From positions 1,596,111-1,660,110 of the forward strand of contig JALOBK010000001.1 in NCBI GenBank assembly GCA_023228325.1: DNA of 64,000 nt, read 5' to 3'. Below the pieces are notes generated by a model. The model was not told the DNA's origin and did no database searches. It was given only the letters and a program-made list of their open reading frames with translations. The DNA comes from a bacterium (GTDB lineage: Bacteria > Auribacterota > UBA6266). Of this stretch, positions 30,173 through 39,456 are shown one piece after another. Positions within the stretch are counted from its first letter, which is position 1. Each line of letters begins with the position of its first letter. A program made the translations under genes and the position numbers.

Positions 30173-31315
30173 ATGCAAATAGCTTTTTTGATTCTTCTTG
30201 CTTTAATTATTTTTATTTACTTTGGGTATCCTGTTGTTTTAAGTGTTTTAGTTTTTTTGAAAAAGGAGATAATAAAAACAGGAAATATTAGCCCTTCTGT
30301 AACTCTTATAATACCAGCTTATAATGAACAGGCGGTAATACGTCAGAAGATTGAAAATAGTTTTTTTCTTGAATATCCAAAAGAAAAACTTGAAATCATT
30401 CTAGCGTTAGATGGATGTACTGATAAAAGCAAGGATATTGCTTTAAACTATATAAATAAAGGGTTGAAGATTATCGAACGGGAAGAGAGAGGAGGTAAAA
30501 TAGCAGCTTTAAACAAGGCTGTTTCGCAATCAAAGAATGAAATATTGATTTTTAGCGATGCCAATTCTATATATGAAGAGAATGCGATCATAAATTTAGT
30601 AAGAAATTTTGCAGATAAAAAAGTAGGATGTGTGTGCGGTGAACTTAAATATACACTTAAAGATCTTACTTCTGTTGAGGCGGGAGAAAATTTATATTGG
30701 AAATATGAAAAGTTTTTAAAAGAAAAAGAGAGTAAACTTGGTTCGCTGCTGGTTACCAACGGCTCAATCTATGCGATAAAGAGAGAGCTTTATTCGCAGA
30801 TTGATGAAGATTTAGCCGATGATTTTGTTAATCCTATGAGGGTGTATAAACAGGGATTCAAAGTAGTTTACGAGCCGGATGCAATTGCTTATGAAAAGGT
30901 AAGTTCCAGATTTAAAGACCAGTTTGATCAAAAAGTGCGTATTATTTCACAGGGATGGAAGGCAACTTTTAGATTGTGGGACATTATTTTGTCATCGGGC
31001 CCCTTGCGTATATTTGAGTTTTTATTCCATAAATTTCTACGGTGGATAATTCCTTTTTTCCTTATAGCTATGTTTATATCTAACTTATTTCTTGCTAACA
31101 TTAAGTTTTATCAGATATTGCTACTTTCCCAGGTGATATTTTATGTATTTGCCTTTATTGGCTATTTCTCTCAAAAATGGGGAAGTAGGATAAAACTATT
31201 CTATATCCCATTTTACTTCTGCATGGTTAATGCAACAGCTCTGTTGGCGTTATTCAGATATTTAAAGGGAGGGGAAACAAAAGTCTGGGAAAAAGCCCAA
31301 ACATCAAGGAGTTAA
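30173..31315 (+). CDS. Glycosyltransferase family 2 with C-terminal membrane domain
   Basis: 'VTLIIPAYNEQAVI', 'LDGCTDKS', 'IFSDANS', followed by ~4 TM helices; 380 aa. Confidence 0.85.
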   Translation: MQIAFLILLALIIFIYFGYPVVLSVLVFLKKEIIKTGNISPSVTLIIPAYNEQAVIRQKIENSFFLEYPKEKLEIILALDGCTDKSKDIALNYINKGLKIIEREERGGKIAALNKAVSQSKNEILIFSDANSIYEENAIINLVRNFADKKVGCVCGELKYTLKDLTSVEAGENLYWKYEKFLKEKESKLGSLLVTNGSIYAIKRELYSQIDEDLADDFVNPMRVYKQGFKVVYEPDAIAYEKVSSRFKDQFDQKVRIISQGWKATFRLWDIILSSGPLRIFEFLFHKFLRWIIPFFLIAMFISNLFLANIKFYQILLLSQVIFYVFAFIGYFSQKWGSRIKLFYIPFYFCMVNATALLALFRYLKGGETKVWEKAQTSRS

Positions 31316-31317
31316 AA

Positions 31318-32364
31318 TTGCTTAGCGAGTTACCTATATTTGTATACGTATTTCTGTCCTCAATTTTGGTCTCATTATTGCTGTGTCCATTAGTGATAAA
31401 GTTTGCAGTGAAATATCATTTATTTGATAAGCCCGGACACAGAAAGGTGCACCAGAAAAATATGCCCACAATGGGCGGCATAGCCATGGTGTTTGGTTTT
31501 TTTGCCGCCTTGGCGGTCTGTGAGGTATATTTTCCAAACGCCATCGAAAATTTCTATAGTAAGTTTTGGGGAATGATAATCGCGTCTTTTGTGTTGGTTG
31601 CCCTTGGCATTATCGACGACTTTAAAGGATTAAAGGCAAAGTTTAAAATTTATGTCCAGATACTTGTTGCGATAATACTTATCATTTCGGGTTTCTGCAT
31701 AGAGGAAATAACAAATCCGTTCGGAGATAAAATATCCCTTGGTATTTTCGGTTACATTATTACTGTTTTATGGATAGTGGGAATGATTAATGCCATAAAT
31801 TTTCTTGACGGTTTGGACGGCCTGGCGTGCGGTGTCAGCGGAATTATAGCTTTTTTTCTTTTTTTGTCTTCTTTAAAACAGGGGAATATAACAGCTGCAG
31901 TGATATCCCTTGCGCTTTGCGGCGCTTGTATCGGTTTTTTGCCGTTTAATTTTAACCCGGCGAAAATATTTATGGGCAATACGGGTAGTATGTTTCTAGG
32001 CCTTATCCTTGCGGTAATTGCTATTGCCGGATACAGCAAAACCCAAACCCTGATAACGCTTATAATTCCCGTGATAGCGCTGGGGCTTCCTATTATAGAT
32101 ACAGGTCTTGCTATACTCAGGAGAATAGCCCGTGGCAGGCATATTTTTCACGCCGATAAAGAACATATCCATCACCATATGCTTACCGAAAGGAAATCAC
32201 AGAGAAAAGTCGTCTTATCCATGTATTTCCTGTCATGCTGTTTCGGGATGATTTCCCTCAGCTTTACCGGCTTTAAAGGGATATTTGCCGTTATTGCCTT
32301 GATACTTGTTGTTGCTGTTACTGTTGACTGGATAAGAAAATCAGGATTCCTGAATTTTAGATAA
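31318..32364 (+). CDS. Polyprenyl-phosphate sugar-1-phosphate transferase (WecA/MraY family)
   Basis: 348 aa polytopic membrane protein; 'KPGHRKVHQKNMPTMGGIAMVFG' and 'NAINFLDGLDGLA' motifs of the family; TTG start. Confidence 0.8.
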   Translation: MLSELPIFVYVFLSSILVSLLLCPLVIKFAVKYHLFDKPGHRKVHQKNMPTMGGIAMVFGFFAALAVCEVYFPNAIENFYSKFWGMIIASFVLVALGIIDDFKGLKAKFKIYVQILVAIILIISGFCIEEITNPFGDKISLGIFGYIITVLWIVGMINAINFLDGLDGLACGVSGIIAFFLFLSSLKQGNITAAVISLALCGACIGFLPFNFNPAKIFMGNTGSMFLGLILAVIAIAGYSKTQTLITLIIPVIALGLPIIDTGLAILRRIARGRHIFHADKEHIHHHMLTERKSQRKVVLSMYFLSCCFGMISLSFTGFKGIFAVIALILVVAVTVDWIRKSGFLNFR

Positions 32365-32669
32365 TTTGTAAAAGTGTAAAATCCGAAAAACGAATAGTGA
32401 GGTAAAAAGAAAAAAAATAAAGGAAAGTTGTAACCACAGATAACACAAATTGACACAGATGGCGAGAAGGAAAAAGTATACTTGAAAACAAAGTCTAAGA
32501 AGTCTTTTCCTTGCCTACCTCAAGCAAGCGAGTTATCTATTTTCTAAAATTGATTATATTATGGTATTATATAAAGCTATAAAAGTATGAGATTATTGAT
32601 TTGCTTAATAACTTAGTAATCTTGCCCGCCTATGGCGGGTTAATAACTAACCCCCAGGGGAGATAAATT

Positions 32670-33530
32670 ATGTCAATTAAAGAAGCTTTTAATATCTCAA
32701 AATCTGTTTGGTCTATGTCCGTAAAAATGGCCCGTAAATACCCGGTAATATTACTGCCTTTCTTTATCACGGCGATTTGTAATGCGTTGGCCCTTGCGGT
32801 GTTATACTATTTTCCCAGGAAACCGTGGTCATTGTTTTTCGCTTCGCCCATAAGAAATTTTAAGGGTGAGAAGTTCCTTCATTATCCTTCGAATTTTCTT
32901 GTCCTGCCCGAACTTTTTTATTATTTCCAGATTCTTATTATGGCTACGGTAGGCATAATTATGTTCGGAATGGCTGTCAATCTTATTTACCAGGCGAATT
33001 CCGGTAATGTTCTGCCGAGGCCTGCCGGAAGTTTCAATAAATCCGTCAGGCGTTACCTGACGCTTATAGGCATATGGGCTACGCTTTTTGTGTTGAGTTT
33101 TATAATCTTGAAGGTTCCCGCTATTATGCTTGTTAAGTTCCTTGGAGCCAAACCGATAACATTGATATTGCTCAGGATATTCTTTTATTCCGGATTTATT
33201 TTGGTAATAATAATTGAAGCCCTGCTTGTTTATGCTTATCCTGCGGCAATAATAGATAAAAAGAAATATTTTGCGTCTCTGAAAAACAGTTTTGGTTTAT
33301 CTAAACGGGTTTTTATCGCGTCGCTTATTTTAGTCGCGGCGCCGCGCTTACTGGAGGTAGGCTATATTCTTGCAAGGGGTTATATGATTCCTTTTTTTGT
33401 TAAACATGTTCCTGAGTTAAGTGTAGGGGTAATAGCATTTGGGATTGTTTTGGTGATGTTTACCGATTTTTTTGTAATATGCGCTATCACGAATCTTTAT
33501 ATACTTGCAAAAGAAACAAATGGAGAATAA
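32670..33530 (+). CDS. Integral membrane protein, function unknown
   Basis: 286 aa, ~6 predicted TM helices, no recognisable catalytic motif; preceded by ~300 bp noncoding leader. Confidence 0.5.
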   Translation: MSIKEAFNISKSVWSMSVKMARKYPVILLPFFITAICNALALAVLYYFPRKPWSLFFASPIRNFKGEKFLHYPSNFLVLPELFYYFQILIMATVGIIMFGMAVNLIYQANSGNVLPRPAGSFNKSVRRYLTLIGIWATLFVLSFIILKVPAIMLVKFLGAKPITLILLRIFFYSGFILVIIIEALLVYAYPAAIIDKKKYFASLKNSFGLSKRVFIASLILVAAPRLLEVGYILARGYMIPFFVKHVPELSVGVIAFGIVLVMFTDFFVICAITNLYILAKETNGE

Positions 33531-33577
33531 TACAGATAAATTCTAAATTCTAAGCACGAAATACTAAACAAACTAAA

Positions 33578-33940
33578 ATGATTAAAACTCAAAATTCAAA
33601 ACAATATGACTTGGAAGAAAGAACATTGGAATTTGCAAGAGAAGTTAGAAATTTTGTTAGGGAATTGCCGCAGACTTTAGCTAATATGGAAGATGGAAAG
33701 CAGTTGATAAGATCTTCAGGTTCTGTAGGGGCAAACTACATTGAATCTAATGAATCTTTAAGTAAAAAAGATTTTGCAATGAGAATAAAAATATCCCGTA
33801 AAGAAGCAAAGGAAAGTTGTTATTGGTTAAAGCTTATTAGAGCTAATACTGACAATTTAGAAAAGGAGAGAAAAAGATTAGTTCAGGAAGCACTGGAACT
33901 TACCAAAATATTTGGTTCAATAGTAGAGAAAACAAAATAA
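33578..33940 (+). CDS. Four-helix-bundle protein (family historically annotated as '23S rRNA intervening-sequence protein')
   Basis: 120 aa; 'LEFAREVRNFVRELPQTLANMEDGKQLIRSSGSVGANYIESNESLSKKDFAMRIKISRKEAKESCYWLKL' matches the family pattern. Confidence 0.8.
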   Translation: MIKTQNSKQYDLEERTLEFAREVRNFVRELPQTLANMEDGKQLIRSSGSVGANYIESNESLSKKDFAMRIKISRKEAKESCYWLKLIRANTDNLEKERKRLVQEALELTKIFGSIVEKTK

Positions 33941-34017
33941 TGTTTAGGATATTTGAGTTTAGAATTTATTTAGAATTTTGATATTAGGATTTTGAATTTA
34001 TAATAGGATGGGGGTTT

Positions 34018-34890
34018 ATGAAAACAGATAATAAGAAAAGGTATTACGGGAAAATATTATACGGGTTGTTTATAGTGTCCGTGTTGTTTGTGATTGGCTG
34101 CGGCGGCGGAGATTACGAGGCGGAAAAACTTTATTGGAAAGCCAATAAAATGTATGTCCAGCTGCTTAAAGACCCGCAAAACACAAAGCCGCAGGACTAT
34201 GAAAATATTATAGTCGCTTATCAGAAAATTGTTTTTAAATTTCCCCGCTGGGCCTTTGCGCCGAGAGCGCAGTTGACGATAGGGCAGCTTTACGCTATGC
34301 AGAATGATTCCGTGAAGGCAAAGACGGAATACGAAAAAGTTTTGAAACATTTCCCCAATGACCAGAATTCGTGCGCCGGCGCGTTATTCGCTATCGGAAA
34401 AATATATGAGTTTGATAACAAGTGGGATAAGGCCCTTGAAAATTACAACAAAATAGTTTCCGATTATCCCAATACGTATGCGGCATTCCAGGTTCCTCTT
34501 TATATAGCGCAGTATTATAAAACCAAGGGATTGGAACAGAAAGCTCAAAATGCTTATAAAGATGCCATAAGCCGTTATTCAAAGATAATAGAAGAACATC
34601 CCAACACTTTTGCGGCTCTTACGGCGCAGAATTTCACAGTTGCCGCCCTGATTGAACAGCAGAAATGGAATGAGGTTCTCGAAAATCTGAGAAAGCTTGC
34701 CTCTTCATATCCCGGCACTCCTGTTGCCGCCGAGTCATTGAACACAATGGCCGGCATTTATGTTAATCAGTTGAATGAACCTGAAAAAGGCGCTGAAATC
34801 CTGAAAGAACTGCTTGAAAAATTTCCTCAGATAGGAGCCAGGGAATTAATAGAAGAAAAAATTACAACTCTTACATCGGGTAAGAATTGA
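34018..34890 (+). CDS. TPR-repeat lipoprotein (BamD/YbgF-like)
   Basis: Lipobox 'VLFVIGCGGG'; several TPR-like repeats ('AIGKIYEFDNKWDKALENYNKIVSDYPNT'); 290 aa; immediately upstream of exosortase. Confidence 0.65.
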   Translation: MKTDNKKRYYGKILYGLFIVSVLFVIGCGGGDYEAEKLYWKANKMYVQLLKDPQNTKPQDYENIIVAYQKIVFKFPRWAFAPRAQLTIGQLYAMQNDSVKAKTEYEKVLKHFPNDQNSCAGALFAIGKIYEFDNKWDKALENYNKIVSDYPNTYAAFQVPLYIAQYYKTKGLEQKAQNAYKDAISRYSKIIEEHPNTFAALTAQNFTVAALIEQQKWNEVLENLRKLASSYPGTPVAAESLNTMAGIYVNQLNEPEKGAEILKELLEKFPQIGARELIEEKITTLTSGKN

Positions 34891-34900
34891 GGGTGTTTTA

Positions 34901-35716
34901 GTGAAAAAATTTCCAATATTTTTATGTGTAATAGGTCTTTTATTTTGTATAATTTATTGGCCCACATTTGTCTGGATGAAAGCAAGGTTTGTTGCTACAG
35001 GCACGTATTATTCTCACGGATTCCTTGTTCCATTTGTTGTAATTTTTCTCGTGTGGAGGAAAAAAAATATATTCAAGGAATCATATGAGTCTAATAAAGT
35101 GGGAATTGTAATAATTTTGGGAAGCCTTCTTATTCATCTTCTTTCATATACATGGAAGATTTTTTTTATATCAGGATTTTCAATGATTTTTACTTTGATA
35201 GGTCTCATACTTTACGTATTTGGAAATAGAATTTTAAAAGAACTTTGGTTTCCCTTATGTTTTTTGGTTTTTATGATACCTTTACCTATATTGGTTATTG
35301 ATAACATAAGTTTTAAGTTAAAGATATTCGTTGCGCAGATAGCTACTTGTATAATAAATATATTAGGAATTCATGCGGAAAGAGAAGGCAGTGAGGTAAT
35401 ACTACAGAATACATCGCTTATGATAGGAAGTCCGTGCAGCGGCTTAAGAAGCCTGATTTCTCTCACAGCGCTTGGTTCTTTGTATGCTTATATTGTTGAC
35501 CTGTCTAATACGAGAAAAATAATCTTATTTGTTTCTTCTATTCCTCTTGCACTTTTATCGAATATAATACGTGTGGTTTTATTGCTTTGGGTTGCCAGGG
35601 GATGGGGTTCCGAAACGGCGACCGGCTGGTTTCATGATTTTTCCGGGTTTCTTGTTTTTATTTTTGCGTTTTTAGGATTAAAGATTGTGGAAAATATGCT
35701 TTCATGGAAAAGTTAG
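34901..35716 (+). CDS. Exosortase (EpsH/Xrt family transpeptidase)
   Basis: 271 aa polytopic membrane protein; conserved Cys 'GSPCSGLRS', Arg 'NIIRVV', N-terminal 'YWPTFVWM'; co-localised with EpsI and PEP-CTERM genes; GTG start. Confidence 0.85.
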   Translation: MKKFPIFLCVIGLLFCIIYWPTFVWMKARFVATGTYYSHGFLVPFVVIFLVWRKKNIFKESYESNKVGIVIILGSLLIHLLSYTWKIFFISGFSMIFTLIGLILYVFGNRILKELWFPLCFLVFMIPLPILVIDNISFKLKIFVAQIATCIINILGIHAEREGSEVILQNTSLMIGSPCSGLRSLISLTALGSLYAYIVDLSNTRKIILFVSSIPLALLSNIIRVVLLLWVARGWGSETATGWFHDFSGFLVFIFAFLGLKIVENMLSWKS

Positions 35717-36336
35717 GAAAGAAACAAATAATTCTTATAGTAATTTTATCGTTGTTTGCAGTCGCGATAATGATTCTTTATTTACGAAAAACTCTGCCTC
35801 CTACAGAGGGAAAAATAATGGATTTTCCTCTGAAAGTCAAGGACTGGCAAGGCGCTAAAGAAGATGTCGATCAAATGGTTGTAGATATACTTGAAACCGA
35901 TAAAGTGCTTTTGACCGTTTTTACAAGCCAACAAAATAAAAAAGTTTGGTTTTCGATTGTATATGGAGAGGACAACAGGTTAAGCTTTCATCCCCCCGAA
36001 AATTGTTATCTTGGCAGTGGACAAACGGAATTGTTATCAAAAGATGAAATTACTTTGGATTTAAACGGAAGAAAACTCGAGGTTAATAAGAGGATTTTTA
36101 ACACTAAAAACACTAAACAATTAGTTTTATATTGGTATATGGCAGGGGATAGGGAAATGGCGAGTTACTACAAACAACAATTCTATCTTGTATTAGATCA
36201 GATAAAGTATAGAAAAAGCAAAGGAGCTCTTATAAGGGTTTCTTCGGTCATTGTAAATGATAATGAAGAGGAAACGTATAAAATCCTCTACGATTTTCTT
36301 ATAGATATCTTACCGGTTTTAAGAGATTACTATTAA
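35704..36336 (+). CDS. EpsI-family exosortase-associated protein
   Basis: 210 aa, N-terminal TM anchor then periplasmic domain; 13-bp overlap with exosortase gene (these two are fused in some genomes). Confidence 0.7.
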   Translation: MEKLGKKQIILIVILSLFAVAIMILYLRKTLPPTEGKIMDFPLKVKDWQGAKEDVDQMVVDILETDKVLLTVFTSQQNKKVWFSIVYGEDNRLSFHPPENCYLGSGQTELLSKDEITLDLNGRKLEVNKRIFNTKNTKQLVLYWYMAGDREMASYYKQQFYLVLDQIKYRKSKGALIRVSSVIVNDNEEETYKILYDFLIDILPVLRDYY

Positions 36337-36437
36337 GCTACTTGACAAATCACAAAAAATAAGGTAAGTATTGACAAATCTTTTTTTTATTCAATAAGTT
36401 GATAGTCAACCATACAAGTATAGAAAAGGAGGAATTC

Positions 36438-37064
36438 ATGTTAAAGAAGCTCTTGTTAGTAGTAACAAGCTTGTTGATTGCCACAAGCGTCAGCGCTTTC
36501 AGCTTTGATTCCGGAACAGAAGGTTGGACGCATGACAGCGGATGGGGAACAGGTATTACGGCTGATCCCGCCTGGTCCGGCTCTATGGATCACACAGGTA
36601 ATGGCGGTGGAGTTATTACAAGCGCGGTAGCATTGCAGGCAGATGGCAGCGGCGGCGCGTTGAATTTAATGTATGCAACGCCTCAGGATTTAAGCTCTTA
36701 TTCATTAATTAAGGGTTATGTCCAGGTTGATACAAACCCTATTCATAATGTGGGCGGTCCGGGTTATGGTATCGGCGCCAGATTGCATATCAAGACAGGT
36801 GCCGGGTGGACAACCTCTATGGGTGACTGGATTAATCTTGAAACAGCGAATACATGGCATGAACTAACGTTGAATTTAGCCGGTATTCCCAACCTAAGTG
36901 ATGTCAGGGCAATCGGAGTTCATATCGGTGATGGCGGAGCATCAACATGGTCGGGCAATTTATTTGTTGATGATATAAATGTTGTTCCTGAACCCGGCAG
37001 TTTGATTATGCTTGGGGCAGGGCTTCTCGGTTTAATCGGTTTTGCGGCAAGAAAAAGAAAATAA
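36438..37064 (+). CDS. PEP-CTERM sorting-domain protein
   Basis: Signal peptide; C-terminus 'VPEPGSLIMLGAGLLGLIGFAARKRK'; AGGAGG RBS; paralogous to 50188..50799 ('FDSGTEGW', 'NLSDVRAIGVHI'). Confidence 0.85.
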   Translation: MLKKLLLVVTSLLIATSVSAFSFDSGTEGWTHDSGWGTGITADPAWSGSMDHTGNGGGVITSAVALQADGSGGALNLMYATPQDLSSYSLIKGYVQVDTNPIHNVGGPGYGIGARLHIKTGAGWTTSMGDWINLETANTWHELTLNLAGIPNLSDVRAIGVHIGDGGASTWSGNLFVDDINVVPEPGSLIMLGAGLLGLIGFAARKRK

Positions 37065-37306
37065 TGTAATATAGTTCACCTCCTATGAAATTGGGCTGAA
37101 GCGCATAACGTGCTTTGGCCCAATTTGTTATGAGATAAAAATCATTCCGGTGTCGCAAATTCATACATCAAAGCATACCAGATACATACGAGATACAACG
37201 ACACGTGACGATATATACAATATATTATTTCAAAATAATTTGTCGTCTACAAAACAACAATTACACTTGACATAATAGTTATAATATGGTAAAAAGATAC
37301 TTAAAT

Positions 37307-37326
37307 AAATCGAAACGTTTCGATTT
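37307..37326 (+). promoter_or_regulatory. Candidate LacI-family operator: 20-bp perfect CG-centred palindrome
   Basis: 'aaatcgaaacgtttcgattt' in the leader of PEP-CTERM gene 37350, ~23 nt upstream of ATG, just before the RBS. Confidence 0.4.
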
Positions 37327-37349
37327 AGTAGAATAAAGGGGGTGAACGG

Positions 37350-37961
37350 ATGAAACAAATAGCAATTATAATTGCTGTGCTTGCTTTTTCATTGAGTTCT
37401 TATGCAAGCGCGAACCTGCTTGTTAACGGTGATTTTGAGCTTACCGGTGAAGATGGTCATCTGACGGGCTGGACAATTGACTACAATCAGAATATCGCAG
37501 AAGCTCAGGATAATCCTGAATCAGGCGCCTGGCACGCAAGAAACTATAACGATGGGGGTATGTATCAGGATGTTTCAATTACCGGTGGAATGACTTATGA
37601 TATTACTGGATATGCTTATATTCCTTCCGGGACAGGCGGCAGCCCTTGGGGAACATATATAGGGGTCAAGTTTTTGAGAGCTAATGGAACCACAGCAACG
37701 GGTGGTAGTTTTCAAGTTGATATGCAGGGTTTACCAAGGGATGTATACAATTTAGCTGATACTGGTTGGGTTGTAGCTCCTTCTGATGCAGTAACCGCGA
37801 GAGTAAGGTTTGGAACATGGTCGAATGCTCCGTATGAACCTGTTGCTCCGACAGATTTTGATAATTTCTCTTTAGTGGCGGTTCCTGAACCGACTAGTTT
37901 AATGTTGTTAGGATTAGGCTTATTCGGAATCATAGGTTTCGCGGCAAAGAAGAAGAAATAA
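37350..37961 (+). CDS. PEP-CTERM sorting-domain protein with CBM-like N-terminal module
   Basis: Signal peptide then 'ASANLLVNGDFELTGEDGHLTGW'; C-terminus 'VPEPTSLMLLGLGLFGIIGFAAKKKK'. Confidence 0.85.
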   Translation: MKQIAIIIAVLAFSLSSYASANLLVNGDFELTGEDGHLTGWTIDYNQNIAEAQDNPESGAWHARNYNDGGMYQDVSITGGMTYDITGYAYIPSGTGGSPWGTYIGVKFLRANGTTATGGSFQVDMQGLPRDVYNLADTGWVVAPSDAVTARVRFGTWSNAPYEPVAPTDFDNFSLVAVPEPTSLMLLGLGLFGIIGFAAKKKK

Positions 37962-37975
37962 GGTTGTTTTAACAT

Positions 37976-38013
37976 AAGAAGGGCTGACTGGTATCAGGCA
38001 GCCCTTCTTTTTT
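37976..38013 (+). terminator. Rho-independent terminator after PEP-CTERM gene 37350..37961
   Basis: 11-bp perfect stem 'aagaagggctg'/'cagcccttctt' followed by T6 run. Confidence 0.7.
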
Positions 38014-38174
38014 CTAAAGTATATAAACACTTTTCTCTGCTTCCCACTCTTAAAAAATAATTTTTCCTGTTAAATTACCTGTTGGATTGATATGGTTTAT
38101 TCCCGTTTATTTTTATTTAACATATTCGTGAATAGTGATATATTATTGCAAAACATTTTTAGCAGGGCTCTGTT

Positions 38175-39212
38175 ATGGATATAAAAAAGAAAAACATTAC
38201 GATAAAAGATATAGCCGCAGAAGCTGGAGTCGCTCATTCTACGGTATCCCTGGTAATGAATAATAAGGGGTATGTGAGCGAGGAGCTTCGGACGCGCATC
38301 CTTAAATCCGCAAAGAAACTGGGCTATGAGCCCAATCTTATCGCCCGCGGTCTGATAAGCAGGAAATTTCCTGTTCTTGCCGCTGTTTTCCCTGAAGATC
38401 CGCATTTTTTCGCGGTAGCGTACTTTCTTGGTATTTTGGCCGGTATCCAGGATATATGCCGTAAGAATGAAAAAGCCCTGATGTTGTTCAATACTGATCA
38501 GGCGCAGAAGGATTCTTACTATCAGATTACCCGCAAATGGCTTAGCAGCCTTATGATTATTGTTAATATCGATTACACGAAGAATATTGAGAATAATCTC
38601 CGCACACTGGCAAAAAACGACATTCCGTTTGTTCTTATAAATAAGTATCTGGGGGAAGAAGATGTGAATTATGTCTGCGTGGACAATTATGACGGAGTCT
38701 ACCAGGCCATCGAACATCTTGTGGATCTGGGGCATAAGGAAATCGGCATGATAAAGGGGAATATGAATACCCCGGACGGCCTTGAGAGGTTTGAAGTTTT
38801 TAAGGAAGTTTTGGAAAGGTTTCATTTGAAATATAACCCCGAATGGGTTTTTGACGGGGATTTTACCGTAGAAAGCGGTGAAAAAGCGGGAGATGAGTTT
38901 TTAAAGCTTAAGCAGCGCCCTTCAGCGGTTTTTGCGTCCAACGATGATATGGCAATCGGCATAATGAAAAAATTGCAGTCCCGGGGCTTATCTGTTCCCA
39001 GAGATGTTTCGCTTATTGGGTTTGATGACAATTTGCAGGCCGGTTTTCTGATTCCGGGATTGACTACGATTAAGCAACCGTTATTTGAAATGGGGCAGGA
39101 AGCGGCAAAATTAGTAGTGAACTATAATGAAGAAGAAAATCACAAGACTCATCATATTATCTTGAAGCCTAAACTGGTTATACGCGAATCCACAGCTTCT
39201 TATTCTAAGTAG
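38175..39212 (+). CDS. LacI-family transcriptional regulator
   Basis: N-terminal HTH 'ITIKDIAAEAGVAHSTVSLVMNNKGYVSEELRTRILKSAKKLGYEPNLIARGL'; periplasmic-binding-protein-like effector domain; 345 aa. Confidence 0.9.
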   Translation: MDIKKKNITIKDIAAEAGVAHSTVSLVMNNKGYVSEELRTRILKSAKKLGYEPNLIARGLISRKFPVLAAVFPEDPHFFAVAYFLGILAGIQDICRKNEKALMLFNTDQAQKDSYYQITRKWLSSLMIIVNIDYTKNIENNLRTLAKNDIPFVLINKYLGEEDVNYVCVDNYDGVYQAIEHLVDLGHKEIGMIKGNMNTPDGLERFEVFKEVLERFHLKYNPEWVFDGDFTVESGEKAGDEFLKLKQRPSAVFASNDDMAIGIMKKLQSRGLSVPRDVSLIGFDDNLQAGFLIPGLTTIKQPLFEMGQEAAKLVVNYNEEENHKTHHIILKPKLVIRESTASYSK

Positions 39213-39368
39213 GTCTTTTTCCCATCTCTCATTTAAAATTGTCTACATCGGTATGCCTTTTTAATATTATTATGTACCTATACATCGTAACGTATATATA
39301 TCAACACGTATTGATTAATTATTAAAAACGTTATACTAAATCTTACCGTCGGTAATAAAAAAATATTC

Positions 39369-39397
39369 TTGACAACATAAACCCTATATGCTAATAA
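39369..39397 (+). promoter_or_regulatory. Sigma70-like promoter for PEP-CTERM gene 39457
   Basis: TTGACA - 17 nt - TAATAA, about 60 nt upstream of ATG. Confidence 0.45.
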
Positions 39398-39411
39398 TTT
39401 GAATTAATAAC

Positions 39412-39425
39412 TCGAAACGTGACGA
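39412..39425 (+). promoter_or_regulatory. Candidate operator half-conserved with 37307 site
   Basis: 'tcgaaacgtgacga' shares the 9-mer 'tcgaaacgt' with the 37307 palindrome; same position relative to promoter and ATG of gene 39457. Confidence 0.3.
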
Positions 39426-39456
39426 GCAAACAATAACCAAACAAGGGGGTGAATGG

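Noticed and set aside
37267-37295. Canonical -35/-10 promoter pair for gene 37350
   Set aside because: TTGACA is present, but the best TATAAT lies only 8 nt downstream; with 17-nt spacing the -10 is a weak TAAAAA. A promoter probably exists here but cannot be placed precisely.
38097-38825. 242-aa ORF on the minus strand
   Set aside because: It lies antisense to, and almost wholly inside, the well-supported LacI-family gene; it has no recognisable motifs and no RBS, so it is most likely a spurious ORF.
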